From assembly GCA_965644295.1 (NCBI GenBank), contig CBFFRP010000090.1, forward strand, positions 62,001 to 126,000: a DNA stretch of 64,000 nucleotides, read 5' to 3'. Positions within the stretch are counted from its first letter, which is position 1. Each line of letters starts with the position of its first letter. Shown here piece by piece: positions 20,790 to 32,048 of the stretch. Below the pieces are notes generated by a model, which worked only from the letters and a program-made list of their open reading frames with translations, was not told the DNA's origin and made no database searches. Position numbers and translations under genes: made by a program. The DNA is from Paraphysomonas bandaiensis (Eukaryota; Protista; Chrysophyceae).

Positions 20790-21147
20790 TAATAGTCTAG
20801 TGCGTTTTGAGTGCCAGGCGTTCGACATATGAGTATGACAATCGCAAATTATCGCAATAATTAATTCTTGTTTTCATTTAAATTCTTGATACTAAAATAC
20901 TGGTGGTCTCAGATTTGACAGTTGATATCTTGTATACGTGTTACGCGTACCCATCCTGTTCGTCCTGGATGGCCAAAATTCAAGCGATTTAGTACTTTGG
21001 CCTGTGTGCTATATGCGTTCGCAGCATATAGAAGAGTTCACCGTTCAGATATTTAAGTTTTAATCACCCTAATGTCACTGATAAAATAGAATAATACTAC
21101 TACAAAGTCACTTTGTGCTTTGTGGAATTATATATGAGAAGTGAGAA

Positions 21148-21409
21148 TATTAGGATTCAGCTTAATACATGATTGTATCTGTGAGTTATAATGTTCAATG
21201 AAATATACCATGAACTGAATTAGAGAGAGTATCTGTCGAAGATACGTGATCGTCATCATAACGTCGTCATTATCAGTTACACTTCTAACTATTCCGTTGT
21301 GCATGATAGTACGTTCTATATTGTTATTCATAATTTTCACTCTATCGTGTTCATTACTTACACTCTAATAATCACAACATTGTTTTACTAATAAGCTTAA
21401 ATCTTATTT
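21148..21409 (+). repeat. 5' LTR
   Basis: Matches 26613-26874; starts TATT, ends ATTT. Confidence 0.95.
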
Positions 21410-21419
21410 TGGTAGCGAG

Positions 21420-24400
21420 ATGTCAGTTAAAGTTACAAGTTACGACTCAACCGACTCGGATTCAACAACCGAAAAACAGAAAGACTCAATGCCAAAGTTC
21501 GACGCGAAGAACTTCTCCAAGTGGCAGAAGAAGTGCCGTGCATGGTTTTACAGAAAGCCTAAGATCGTTTATACTCTACAGAACGATCACCCAATTGAGC
21601 CTGAAGCAGGAGAAAACTCAGATGACGAGGACTACCAGTATCGACTCGAACAGTATCAGGATGCGAAACGATATTATGATGAAGGTAATAACTACCAATG
21701 GTCAGTCATTGCAAGCTCTATCATTGGTCAGGATGAAGAGGCTGAGGGGATTTTGGAGAACGTCCCCGATGGAGACGGAAAAACCGCCTGGACGGACTTG
21801 CTCAACCACTTCAAAGAAAAAACGACTAACGATGTAATCACCGATCTGATTGGCCAGTTTCAGAGCATAAAAATCAAAAAAGGTCAGTCGATAATCAACT
21901 TTCTTGACGCTGTCGAAAAGCTCCGAAACAAGCTGATTAATTATGGTCATCGGATAAGTGACCAAGATCTCATATCACGCATTCGACAAGGCCTGGTATC
22001 CAAAGAAAATATGACGTATCGAGAACTGGCAATCAACCTGCAGATGCACCCTATCGATGACTACAAAACACTCATACGCAGACTACGCGGATTAGGAAGC
22101 TCATCTGTAGGAATGCTCTTGTCAAGCAACGAAGAAACAAAAACCGACAGTATTCAGCTTGCAGCCTCAAAACCCCCATTTTTCAAAAGTAAAGTGAATT
22201 CCAAGCGCAAAAAGGGGACATCTTTCAGAAACCGTTCCAATAAACCGAAACATGACAAGAGAACTGACAAGGACATTAAGTGTTTCCGATGCGATGGAAA
22301 AGGACACATCGCTTCAGAATGCAAACACTCATGGGAAAGGATCCAACAAATGAAGAGTTCCTCTGGAAACAAATCAACCAGTAGGAAATTCAAAAAAGTT
22401 AGATTCCAGACCCACCAGAGCACTGAAAACGACGAATCCGACCAGTTTGCAGATTATGAAGACAGTGGTCCACTACAACAGAAAGGACGAGACTTCGGAG
22501 GAGTCGGATATCCAACAAACGACGAAACGAACTTCGTTTTTGATCAAGAAGCCGGAATGGGAACCCTTGATTCTGGCTGCACAGTCTCCATCACACCTGA
22601 AGCCGGATACATCACCAATTATGAGGAATGCCTCACCGACATTCAAACAGCTAAGTCAGGATCGACTATGACCTCTTCAGGACATGGAAGACTTGGTATT
22701 ATCCCCAAGTGCAAGCACGTGGACCATGCTTCGAGGACACTCGTGTCCATCAGCCAATTAGATGACCTAGGGTATAAAATCTTGTTCGGAAACCAATCAG
22801 TTGAGATATATAAAGATGAAATACTGCTATCAAAGGGTAAGAGAGTTGGAGGCCTATATGAAATTCCATTAACAGACCTCGGTACTCCTATTGACGAATC
22901 CCACCTTGCTTCAACTGCTTCAGGCCCACTCGCAACTCTAGCACATAAGAGATTGGCACATTCTTCAATTGGACTCATACAGAAAGCTGTACAGTCAAAA
23001 TTAGTAACGGGTATTAAGTTAACGAAGTCGGAGATGAATGCTACTTCTTTACCGGGTGGCCTATGTGATGGTTGTGCTAGTGGTAAATCTCATCGCCGAA
23101 AACATAGACACGCTATCAGACAAATGCTGCTCAAGCGTGTAAGAAGAGCAAATGAGCTGGGGGAGCTAGTAGTAGCCGATTTTTCTGGACCCCATGCACC
23201 AGAGGCAATCATTACTGGCAACCGTTACATACTCGGGATGACAGATGTAGCTTCCAGACACCAATGGGACTCCTACGGACCAACGAGAGATGAAGATTTC
23301 GTCATCCAATCCATCCAGAAAGTTGTCATGTATCTACATAGTAAAGGCAAACGACTACAACATTATCATGCGGATGGGGGGAAGGAGCTGGTATCAAGAA
23401 AAGTTCTAGAGTATCTTCAATCAATAGGGGCTACATGGACTTTCAACTCCCCGTATACCCCCGAGGATAACCCATTCCAAGAGCGATCATGGCGGACAAC
23501 TAAAGAACGAGCACTCAGCAGCCTTATCGACTCTGGACTCCCACCGAATTTCTGGGAACAAGCCTCAAAGGCGACAATACACATCAAGAACAGGTTACCG
23601 TGTCAAACAGCTAAAGGATTTATGTCTCCACTTCAGTTTATCGAAAACGAAATACCAGACTTGAGTTATGCCAGAATATGGGGATGTAAATGCTTTGTGA
23701 ATATCGATTCCAGTCTCCGAAAGAACAATTGGGACAGACATAGCTGGCCTGGGTATTTTATGGGCTATCGAGAGGATGGTCCTGGATATATAGTCTTTGT
23801 TCCCGCATTAAGAGATTTTGTTATATCAGGACATGTATTTTTCAACGAATGTGTTCCACCAGCGGATAAGAGATATTTTAAAGAGATAAATGAGATCTTC
23901 AGAGAGAATGAGACCTCCAGGACAGTAGAAAGTTTCAAATATCTCATAGGTCTAGCTCATGTAGATCCAGACGATGGATTAACATATGTAACGACTCAAA
24001 TAAAGCTCAGAAAAGGATTAATCGCAGCGTATCGTGGTCTAGTGGACGACAGCGGTGACAAGACACGACTCATCCAGCTCGACGACCCCATTCATGCTGC
24101 AGACGTCGAAAAGTACACTGAAGAATACATAGAACTCAAAGCAGTTGGTCTCAAATGTAATACTTCTCGATCTAAAACCCCAATACATAAATCCAGCAAA
24201 TCAGATCGAGACCCCGATACAGTTAATGGATCTCCAGCGCCAGCCGCTACTTCCAGGGGGAGTGGCGTGAATCGAAGACATCATGATGCCGCGCAGGAGA
24301 GAATCAGCAGCCATCGGTGTGAACCTACCCACTCCGATGCAAAGATAGCGAAGACTCGCCCTTCGAAACAATTCAATGGGAATCTAGTGCCGAATCCGGC

Positions 24401-26414
24401 ACCACACGGTCAAGTGGATCGTGTGCGTCAGCGTGTGGCCAAACGCTGCAACAAGCCTGCTGATTCATCGGGAGATTGGGAAAATCAGGGTACACCTGAA
24501 GGGCCAAGTAAGGTCCGTGCTACAGCAAAACAACAATTTTTAGCTGGTAGAAAGAGTGTTCTCCGAAGCAGGAGAATGGCCAGGAAACGGGTAATCGTAA
24601 ATATACATAAACTTGGTGATGGTGTATATACATGTGATGTAAATGCTAAACATGTAGTAAATCATATGGCACATGACACACAATGTATATCAAAATTACA
24701 TACTAACAATATTGATATTGTTATGCATGCTATCAGTAATTGCGATGACATTGACGAGCTAACTGATACACCAAAGAGTGTTCAAGATGCTATTTCAGGT
24801 AAATATAAACAGCAGTGGATCGATGCTATCAACAGAGAAATATCCACTCTTCAGAGGAAAGGGTGCTGGAGATACACTGCGTTACCACCTGGAGCAAGAG
24901 CCATAAAGGGGAAACTCATATTCAAAATAAAAAGAAAACAGAATGATATCAAATTCAAGGCTCGACTAGTCGCACAGGGTTTTACTCAAATCCAAGGCAT
25001 CGATTACAATGATACATACAGCCCCGTCGCGAAGGCTACATCCCTACGTACAATTATTGCCCTTTCGACTATTATGAAACTCAAATTGCACCAAATCGAT
25101 TTCACAACTGCGTACATCAATGCTGACCTCGAAGAGGACATATACATGTATCCCCCTCCTGGCATGGACGTCCCTGACGGAAAAGTCCTCAAACTGATGA
25201 AAAGCATCTATGGTCTAAAGCAAGCAGGTCTTAACTGGTATAAGTGCTGTACAAATTTTATGCTAGATATGGGTTTCACCAGACTAATATCTGACCCGTG
25301 TATATTCAAAAAGCAGATTAATGGCAGGATTATGCTAATAGCCATGTATGTGGACGATATTATTATAGCATCTACATCCGACACTGATATCCAACAATTC
25401 AAAGATCATTTATCCAAAAAGTTCGAAATTACGGATCTCGGACTCCTAGATTATTACTTGGGCATCTCCATTCATCAAGATTTTGACAAAAATATCACGA
25501 CTCTCAGTCAGGAGCAGTATGTCAGAAAACTGCTGGACAAATTCAACATGTCCAACAGTAAACCCATGTCAACACCTATGTTACTGTCTTTCAACTATGA
25601 TTTACATGAATACAATCATCTTTCAGAGTCAAATCAAAGTTATGTTCAGAATTTCCCCTACAAGGAGCTCATAGGTTCCCTGATGTATCTAGCTGTATGC
25701 ACTCGACCGGATATCGCCTACGCAGTCAATACTCTTGCCAGATTTTCTGATATGCCTAATCTAACTACCTGTAATGCTGCGTTACATGTTCTTAGGTATC
25801 TCAAAGGCACTGCTAAGCAAGGATTGATATATTCTGGATCCCACATAACATTGTCAGGATACTGCGATAGCGATTGGGCACGATGTCACCTCACTCGACG
25901 GTCCACTACAGCTTTTACATTCTTCATAGGTAATTGTCTTATATCATGGCAATCTCGATTACAGACAACTGTGGCATTGTCATCTACTGAAGCTGAGTAT
26001 ATGGCTCTATCGTCAGCAGCTCAGGAAGCATTATGGCTACGCTCTTTATTATCAGAAATTGGTTTCAAACTTCCATTCTCAACAACTATTTGGTGCGATA
26101 ATAAAGGGGCAGTCCAATTATGCTACAATCCTACTCATCATCGTCGTACGAAACATATTGCGATACGGTATCATTTCATTCGAGAAAATATTGCCGAAAA
26201 CCAATTGACTGTTGACCATATTCCCACCACGTCAATGTTAGCCGATCTTCTCACGAAACCACTAGGAACAACTAATTTTCTTCAATTGCGAACTACATTG
26301 ATGGGGGGAGCTGGGTTCGACATCCCATCCAGCAGCAACAGAAAGCGATCAACAACCTCAGAGACACCTAAATCACAATTAACAAGCCACAAGCGACCTA
26401 GGTGGCTAGTTTGA
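21420..26414 (+). CDS. Copia Gag-Pol polyprotein (Gag, zinc knuckle, protease, integrase, RT, RNase H)
   Basis: CFRCDGKGHIASEC; LDSGCT; HKRLAH...CDGC; integrase D..D..E (ADFSGP / HADGGKE / NPFQER); KARLVAQGF...YVDD; GYCDSDWA...STEAEY. Integrase precedes RT (Copia order). Confidence 0.97.
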   Translation: MSVKVTSYDSTDSDSTTEKQKDSMPKFDAKNFSKWQKKCRAWFYRKPKIVYTLQNDHPIEPEAGENSDDEDYQYRLEQYQDAKRYYDEGNNYQWSVIASSIIGQDEEAEGILENVPDGDGKTAWTDLLNHFKEKTTNDVITDLIGQFQSIKIKKGQSIINFLDAVEKLRNKLINYGHRISDQDLISRIRQGLVSKENMTYRELAINLQMHPIDDYKTLIRRLRGLGSSSVGMLLSSNEETKTDSIQLAASKPPFFKSKVNSKRKKGTSFRNRSNKPKHDKRTDKDIKCFRCDGKGHIASECKHSWERIQQMKSSSGNKSTSRKFKKVRFQTHQSTENDESDQFADYEDSGPLQQKGRDFGGVGYPTNDETNFVFDQEAGMGTLDSGCTVSITPEAGYITNYEECLTDIQTAKSGSTMTSSGHGRLGIIPKCKHVDHASRTLVSISQLDDLGYKILFGNQSVEIYKDEILLSKGKRVGGLYEIPLTDLGTPIDESHLASTASGPLATLAHKRLAHSSIGLIQKAVQSKLVTGIKLTKSEMNATSLPGGLCDGCASGKSHRRKHRHAIRQMLLKRVRRANELGELVVADFSGPHAPEAIITGNRYILGMTDVASRHQWDSYGPTRDEDFVIQSIQKVVMYLHSKGKRLQHYHADGGKELVSRKVLEYLQSIGATWTFNSPYTPEDNPFQERSWRTTKERALSSLIDSGLPPNFWEQASKATIHIKNRLPCQTAKGFMSPLQFIENEIPDLSYARIWGCKCFVNIDSSLRKNNWDRHSWPGYFMGYREDGPGYIVFVPALRDFVISGHVFFNECVPPADKRYFKEINEIFRENETSRTVESFKYLIGLAHVDPDDGLTYVTTQIKLRKGLIAAYRGLVDDSGDKTRLIQLDDPIHAADVEKYTEEYIELKAVGLKCNTSRSKTPIHKSSKSDRDPDTVNGSPAPAATSRGSGVNRRHHDAAQERISSHRCEPTHSDAKIAKTRPSKQFNGNLVPNPAPHGQVDRVRQRVAKRCNKPADSSGDWENQGTPEGPSKVRATAKQQFLAGRKSVLRSRRMARKRVIVNIHKLGDGVYTCDVNAKHVVNHMAHDTQCISKLHTNNIDIVMHAISNCDDIDELTDTPKSVQDAISGKYKQQWIDAINREISTLQRKGCWRYTALPPGARAIKGKLIFKIKRKQNDIKFKARLVAQGFTQIQGIDYNDTYSPVAKATSLRTIIALSTIMKLKLHQIDFTTAYINADLEEDIYMYPPPGMDVPDGKVLKLMKSIYGLKQAGLNWYKCCTNFMLDMGFTRLISDPCIFKKQINGRIMLIAMYVDDIIIASTSDTDIQQFKDHLSKKFEITDLGLLDYYLGISIHQDFDKNITTLSQEQYVRKLLDKFNMSNSKPMSTPMLLSFNYDLHEYNHLSESNQSYVQNFPYKELIGSLMYLAVCTRPDIAYAVNTLARFSDMPNLTTCNAALHVLRYLKGTAKQGLIYSGSHITLSGYCDSDWARCHLTRRSTTAFTFFIGNCLISWQSRLQTTVALSSTEAEYMALSSAAQEALWLRSLLSEIGFKLPFSTTIWCDNKGAVQLCYNPTHHRRTKHIAIRYHFIRENIAENQLTVDHIPTTSMLADLLTKPLGTTNFLQLRTTLMGGAGFDIPSSSNRKRSTTSETPKSQLTSHKRPRWLV

Positions 26415-26612
26415 GTTACACGGAGTTTTTACCATTTTTTTATTTTTATTCAATACATGATGCTGGACTAGAAGGATGGTCTCACAATATGGCATCTCTG
26501 CAGTTCGCTTATTATTGACTAGTGACTGCTACTCTGGTTTTTACTCTCAGTGTGCATAAGTTCATATTCTCTCTATTATCTACGATTCACTGATTATTTC
26601 ATTGAGGGGGCG

Positions 26613-26874
26613 TATTAGGATTCAGCTTAATACATGATTGTATCTGTGAGTTATAATGTTCAATGAAATATACCATGAACTGAATTAGAGAGAGTATCTG
26701 TCGAAGATACGTGATCGTCATCATAACGTCGTCATTATCAGTTACACTTCTAACTATTCCGTTGTGCATGATAGTACGTTCTATATTGTTATTCATAATT
26801 TTCACTCTATCGTGTTCATTACTTACACTCTAATAATCACAACATTGTTTTACTAATAAGCTTAAATCTTATTT
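26613..26874 (+). repeat. 3' LTR
   Basis: Matches the 5' LTR; preceded by the PPT and followed by the TSD. Confidence 0.95.
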
Positions 26875-27534
26875 GAGAAGCATCAAATAAGAGTCAGAAA
26901 TGATCGAAGGATATGTTAAGTAAAGCTCAATTAAAATAACACATAAAACAGTAGCTACTATTCTCATCATATATAACGAATCCCTTGTATTACTATATCG
27001 TTCATTATTACTATATCTATAATCTATAATCTATAAAATCATCCTAATTATAATGTATCTCGGCACCTATTCCAGCAGTATATGCATACACACACACTAC
27101 ATCAGACATCAGACCCATTCTCCTAGGGTCTTGACCGTACTGATTAGAGCAATCTACCATTAGACGAAGCCACTTATTCTCGTTCAACTGCTACCTCTGG
27201 TGGAAGTTCGAGTAAATGGACACTGGAATCGACCCCTCAACAAAGTCGGACTCACACCTTTTCGTGGTCTTCTGGGGGCTGGGGGATAAGTACCGGAGAT
27301 ATTTCTCTGGGAAACTAACGTGAGCCGCATAATATATAGTATATAGTCAGCAGATACTGTTCTGCCCACTCGTAGCATAATGCTTGTGTGGTACAAGGGA
27401 TACTAATATATAAGTGACACTTGTATAGACGTCTTTGGGCCCTGACAAATACACAGGCATCCGGAAATGGCCCACCTCAAAGGCATCCGGGGTATTGGGC
27501 TATCTACTGAAGTCAAGCATCCGGCTGTTCAACT

Positions 27535-28922
27535 CAGGGCCTGGTAACCATTAATGATCCATAAATGGTAGTCCAGTCCCCGGCAATTATAATGGCATTA
27601 ATGAAAAATCTCCAACATGTAATTAGCCGCTCGTAGGGATAGCAACGATTCTAGACGAGATGGATTCATTTTTCTACACTTAGGTGTCATAATCAACTTT
27701 ACACGACTAAGCCTCTCAACAACATTAGGTGTTACTATATGCTGCGGACCTCAAGAGCAACCGGACAAAAACGATTTACCTGGTATTGAATTTACTACGG
27801 ATGATATTGGAGATTCTATCATTAATCAACTGCAATTATTCAATAAAACTCTTGCCAATGTCGATTGTCTTGTGTGTGATAACTGTTCAGTAAATCGCAA
27901 ACTGGCTGAACTAATGGAAAAGCCAATGGTTGATTGCTACTCACATCGACTGTATATTGTGGCAATTGCAAATATTTTCTTCGACCAGACAGGCCTCTCT
28001 CTACCATTATTGAAAGAATCGATTCTTTGATGAAGGATTTAAGGACGCTGAAGAATGCAAGTTTCCTTACGCAGAAGACAAACATAAAGCCGGAAAGAAG
28101 AAATGTGACTCGGTGGTCTTCAACATACAACATGCTGGTTAAATACGTAAAACTGCATCCTATTCTTGGTGAATGTAATTTTATGAGTATTCTGGAAGAT
28201 AATATTTTTACTCCAGCTAAATTTCGAGATCTGAAAAATACTTGACGCAACTTGAAAAGTTGCAAAGTGTTACGCTAACCTTACACAGATATGGAACCTA
28301 TATATTGAAAGTCTTATTAATAGCAATAGAGGCGTTAAAGCCTGCACCGATTTAGTAGCTAGATGAGTCCTAGTCAATCTAGTTAGACCACTATCTGTAA
28401 CTGATCAGTACAAACTCTATTATCCTACTATTTAACGCTACGAAAGCTGCTTGTGCGTGGCCGCAAGCACCAAGGTGAAACCACTTCCGTTCTGAGTCCT
28501 TAAGGTAAACATCCCGGATGCTTGACTTCAGCAGGCAGCCCAACGAGCGGCTAATTACATGTTGTGGGATGTTTATACCCTCCATGAAGCCCTGCAAGAA
28601 GATCCTGATGTGCCAGTAGAGAGCGAGAAGTAGTTAAAATTTGTAGAGTCTGCTATGTTTAACTAAAAGTTAGTAATTAAGGGAGCACAACACTATCTAT
28701 TATATGAGTGGTGCTATCTACTTTAAGTTAGTAGCTATTAATGGCCTTTTAATTGCCGGGAGATTTTTCATTAATGCCATTATAATTGCCGGGAACTGGA
28801 CTACCATTAATGGGCCATTAATGGTTACCAGGCCCTGTATAGCAGTACAGATCATTAATGGGATACCATCAATGGCCCATAAATGGTGGTCCGGCATTAC
28901 CATTAACGGTTACCAGGCCCTG
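27535..28922 (+). mobile_element. Defective hAT DNA transposon
   Basis: 22-bp TIRs CAGGGCCTGGTAACC(A/G)TTAATG. Perfect 8-bp TSD GTTCAACT (27527-27534, 28923-28930). Transposase remnant CDNCSVNRKLA...CYSHRL...RNVTRWSSTYNML at about 27870-28245. Confidence 0.9.
28298..28543 (-). mobile_element. 5'-truncated family X copy nested inside the hAT
   Basis: Reverse-complement match to the family X middle and tail (tatattgaaagtcttatt...gcttgtgcgtggccgcaagcacc...atcccggatgcttgacttcagc). Confidence 0.75.
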
Positions 28923-29509
28923 GTTCAACTTATGTCAACATTCTGCTTGCTCGCTGCGTTTGCTTTGAGTGATAGAGCGAAAGTGGTTGCACTTTGGTGC
29001 TTGCGGCGACGCATAAGCAGCTTTCACAGCGTTAAACAGTAGGATGTCAAAGTTAATCACTGACTCATAAACGCCTATTATTAATACTAAGACATTCATT
29101 ACTGGAGTCGTCACGGAGCACGTAGAGTTTAGCAGTGTTGTTGGCAGCGAGTGACATGATGCGAATACATACACCTACGTTGGAAAGGGGCGACAGATAC
29201 GAATACCAATGGCCATGGAACTCGCTGTGCTGGTACCGTTGGAGTGAATGTTGGTGCTGCTCCTATACAAACCAACGCCAATCATAACTGTCTTCAACAA
29301 TCATAAATAAATCTCATTCTATTTGAAAAATGTGTGAGATATAGTAACAACATTGCAGCAATGCACAAGCAGTCCCGAGACAACTGAGCATTTCGTAATC
29401 TGTGTTACCACTAGTCTAGAGTCATAGATAGATAAATGCAATAAGTTCTCTCATGTAATAATCAGATCTTCATATATAGTAACAACTATTTATTACAAAA
29501 TCACACGAG

Positions 29510-31370
29510 CTATATTACAATAGATAACTTCTTCGGTGGAGACTGTTCACGTTTTATGTCAATACTAGATTTATGCTCAGTTGACACGTCTGATATAGAT
29601 AGTTTGGGGTCATCTGTGTCATAGCTACGATTTGCAGCAGTCAGGCCGTCGAATTCCTTAAGTCGCTTATATTGACTACTCAAGCTAGTAGCTTTATCTA
29701 AAGAGCTTGACAGTTTCTTAGCATGTGCAGCAAAAAGTGATGCCATATGATCGTCATTTGGGTCAAGTTCGGCAGCTTTGTTTGTGTTGACATGTGGGTG
29801 GTGGCCAGCGGCTGATCGGGCGTGCCCTGTTCGTTTACTCTTGCCGGATTTGATTTCAGAAATCTGGACAGCAGCACTGCGATTTTCGTTATGCCTCCCC
29901 GACACAATTCCTGTAGAATCCGTGGGAATAACTGGTTTGAGTCGTACACCTGCTCGCTGAAGACGACCAGTGTAATACTTGCTGATCATTTTGCTCCCGG
30001 CTCCACGGCCGAGCAATCGCTGAGTACCTGCAAGGGGCTGCAAACGATACGGTAGATTGTCCTCACCCTCTTCTATGTGCGGTTTCAATGCTCGGGATAC
30101 TTTCGTAAAGTTCGGTGCGGATCTTGATCCCATTAGATTCGAGGACTTGACGCTGTTACTGTTTCCTTTGTTAGGTATACCACTCACAGTGCGGTATTTG
30201 CTCTCGCTATTGTTTAAGTTACCGCAATCTGTTATTTGTGCAGCTCGGTCAACACGTTGTAAGCCACCAAGGCCATCTCGGTCCACCTTTCGAGAAGGCT
30301 TCAGACCCGTTGCACCAACACCAGACCGGCGAGCTGTGACTCCTTTTCGGGGGAGATACCGGGATGTTGTTCCTGATGCACTGACAGTTGGTTCGCCCTT
30401 CAATTTTGAGCGGGTGCCGTTTGCTACAACTCGGGGCTTGACTTTCGTGCTACGCGAGGATGTATGTGTGTCAACTTTTTTACTTTTCTTCTTTCGGACA
30501 GTTTTCCCAGTGTTCGTTTTCGCCGTAGATTTCTTCGCGCTGATATCCGCCCTTCTCTCCGCACATTGGTCCGCAAAATTTTTCGTGGGTTTAGGGGGAG
30601 GTGTAGACAGGGCCTTGCGAAGCAATTCCTCTTGATGTGCCTCCATTGAACCTCTTTGAAGGGCCTGGTGGAGATGCTCTTTAGTACGTGCCGAATATAT
30701 GCCGGTGGGAGAATATACCTCCTGACTTTTTTTCATTGGGGTCCCCTGGATATTAATACGTACATCCATATGCGGAAGCTCATCCTCCTGGTCTAGCCCA
30801 GTGAGAAAAAAAGAGTCCGCCTCTTCTTGCCGACCCTGCGGTATGATAGATTCCTTTCTTGGTGTAGTGATAGGTGAGTGCCTATCTTCTGGCGACCCTT
30901 TTTGACGTATGGGCGAGTGCATTTTTTCTGATCTCTTCTTTGCCTTCGCGGGTTTAACTTTAGAGCGTCGTGGCGGCGGTTTATCCAATCGCCGCTGTCG
31001 CCGCTCAACATCACGACTCTTTACAGGAGACTCGTGCCTTCCCTTAACAGGATCCGCCAAACGTTCCAGTGTCTTCTTCGCAAGAATTTTAGGCTTTGCT
31101 GGTTGACAATTATAGCGTTGCATGATAACACTGTACGCTGGGCTCTCAACAACTTTATTGTGGTGATAAAATGGATCCTAAAAATATTATACACAGAATT
31201 GAGTGTGATTGATTGCCTACCTTCATTTTCTTCGCCTTGACCAGTGCATCATTCTCTCTCTGCAAATCATTCAGTAAGCTCCCTAAATTCAATCCATCCC
31301 ACAAGTCTGTCACATCTTCGGACATTGGGTGGTCCGAGTCAATCGTATTTAAGTCCATAGTATCTAACAT
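29510..31370 (-). CDS. Uncharacterised basic, low-complexity protein (2 exons)
   Basis: ORF 31155-31370 has a donor at AAG|gtaggc that can join the 537-aa ORF 29510-31123. Lys/Arg/Ser-rich with no recognisable domain. Confidence 0.65.
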
Positions 31371-32048
31371 CAGCTATAGAAATTTAGAGTAGGATTAAAT
31401 CGTCGTCTATATATTGATGAGCGCTTCCTGTAGTGAGAAGAAGCATAGAAGTGGTCATGGGTAGATTCCACTTAGCTCGCAGCTACATGGAGTGAAGTAT
31501 CTGGCCACACAAGGATAGTATTCTACCAATAGATACCTAAGTAACTACTTGGTTTCATAGTTGTTTTGTTCTGAGGATGATTCTACGTACTGCTGTGTAT
31601 GTACCATACCACTGGTGACATCGTAACGTACAGCAGTCAATAGGCATCTCAACCCCTATAAAAAATTCCATATATAAAAGTAGGATATTTAGTATAAAAG
31701 TAGGTATTTTCATATGAATGCTCATTATTTTTGGTAAACTATCATATTTTATGCTACATATTCGAGTGAGTGGAATAGAATTCAAATCCCTCCTACAGAT
31801 TGAGGTGCACTTCTATGAAGTTCACTTCATATCTCCACACCGCACAGTCACATCGAAGTATACCACACCATACCTCGACCTATACCCTACCTATACTCAT
31901 ACAGCGCAGTGGGCTCTCATCTACTCTCACAGTACCGATTAGTGGTTACTAAGTCAAGTATTCATGTGGTTCACACCAGTTTGTGACATACAAACAGTTT
32001 AGCGACCTCATAGTGAACTTCTATTGTACGTGTGAGTCTAATCTGTTA

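Larger units (their letters stand above)
21148..26874 (+). mobile_element. Intact Ty1/Copia LTR retrotransposon
   Basis: Two 262-bp LTRs (21148-21409, 26613-26874) with no difference found by eye. 5-bp TSD GAGAA (21143-21147, 26875-26879). PBS TGGTAGCGAG at 21410. PPT GAGGGGG just before the 3' LTR. Confidence 0.97.
27232..29100 (+). mobile_element. SINE-like family X copy (27232-27534 and 28931-29100) interrupted by a hAT element
   Basis: Homology to the other copies resumes after the hAT. Approximately 10-bp TSD ACTGGAATCG (27222-27231) / ACTGGAGTCG (29101-29110). Confidence 0.75.
27115..29295 (+). pseudogene. Proteinase K-type subtilase (S8A) pseudogene split by nested transposons
   Basis: Left flank reads S*GLDRTD*SNLPLD...MDTGI (compare WGLDRIDQxxLPLD...DTGI). 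Right flank reads TGVVTEHVEF...TNGHGTRCAGTVG (compare HxEF and NGHGTHCAGTVG). In-frame stops present. Confidence 0.75.

Noticed and set aside
21128-21340. Small antisense ORFs duplicated at 21128-21340 and 26599-26805
   Set aside because: They are the LTR read on the minus strand and run off its edge; no coding support.
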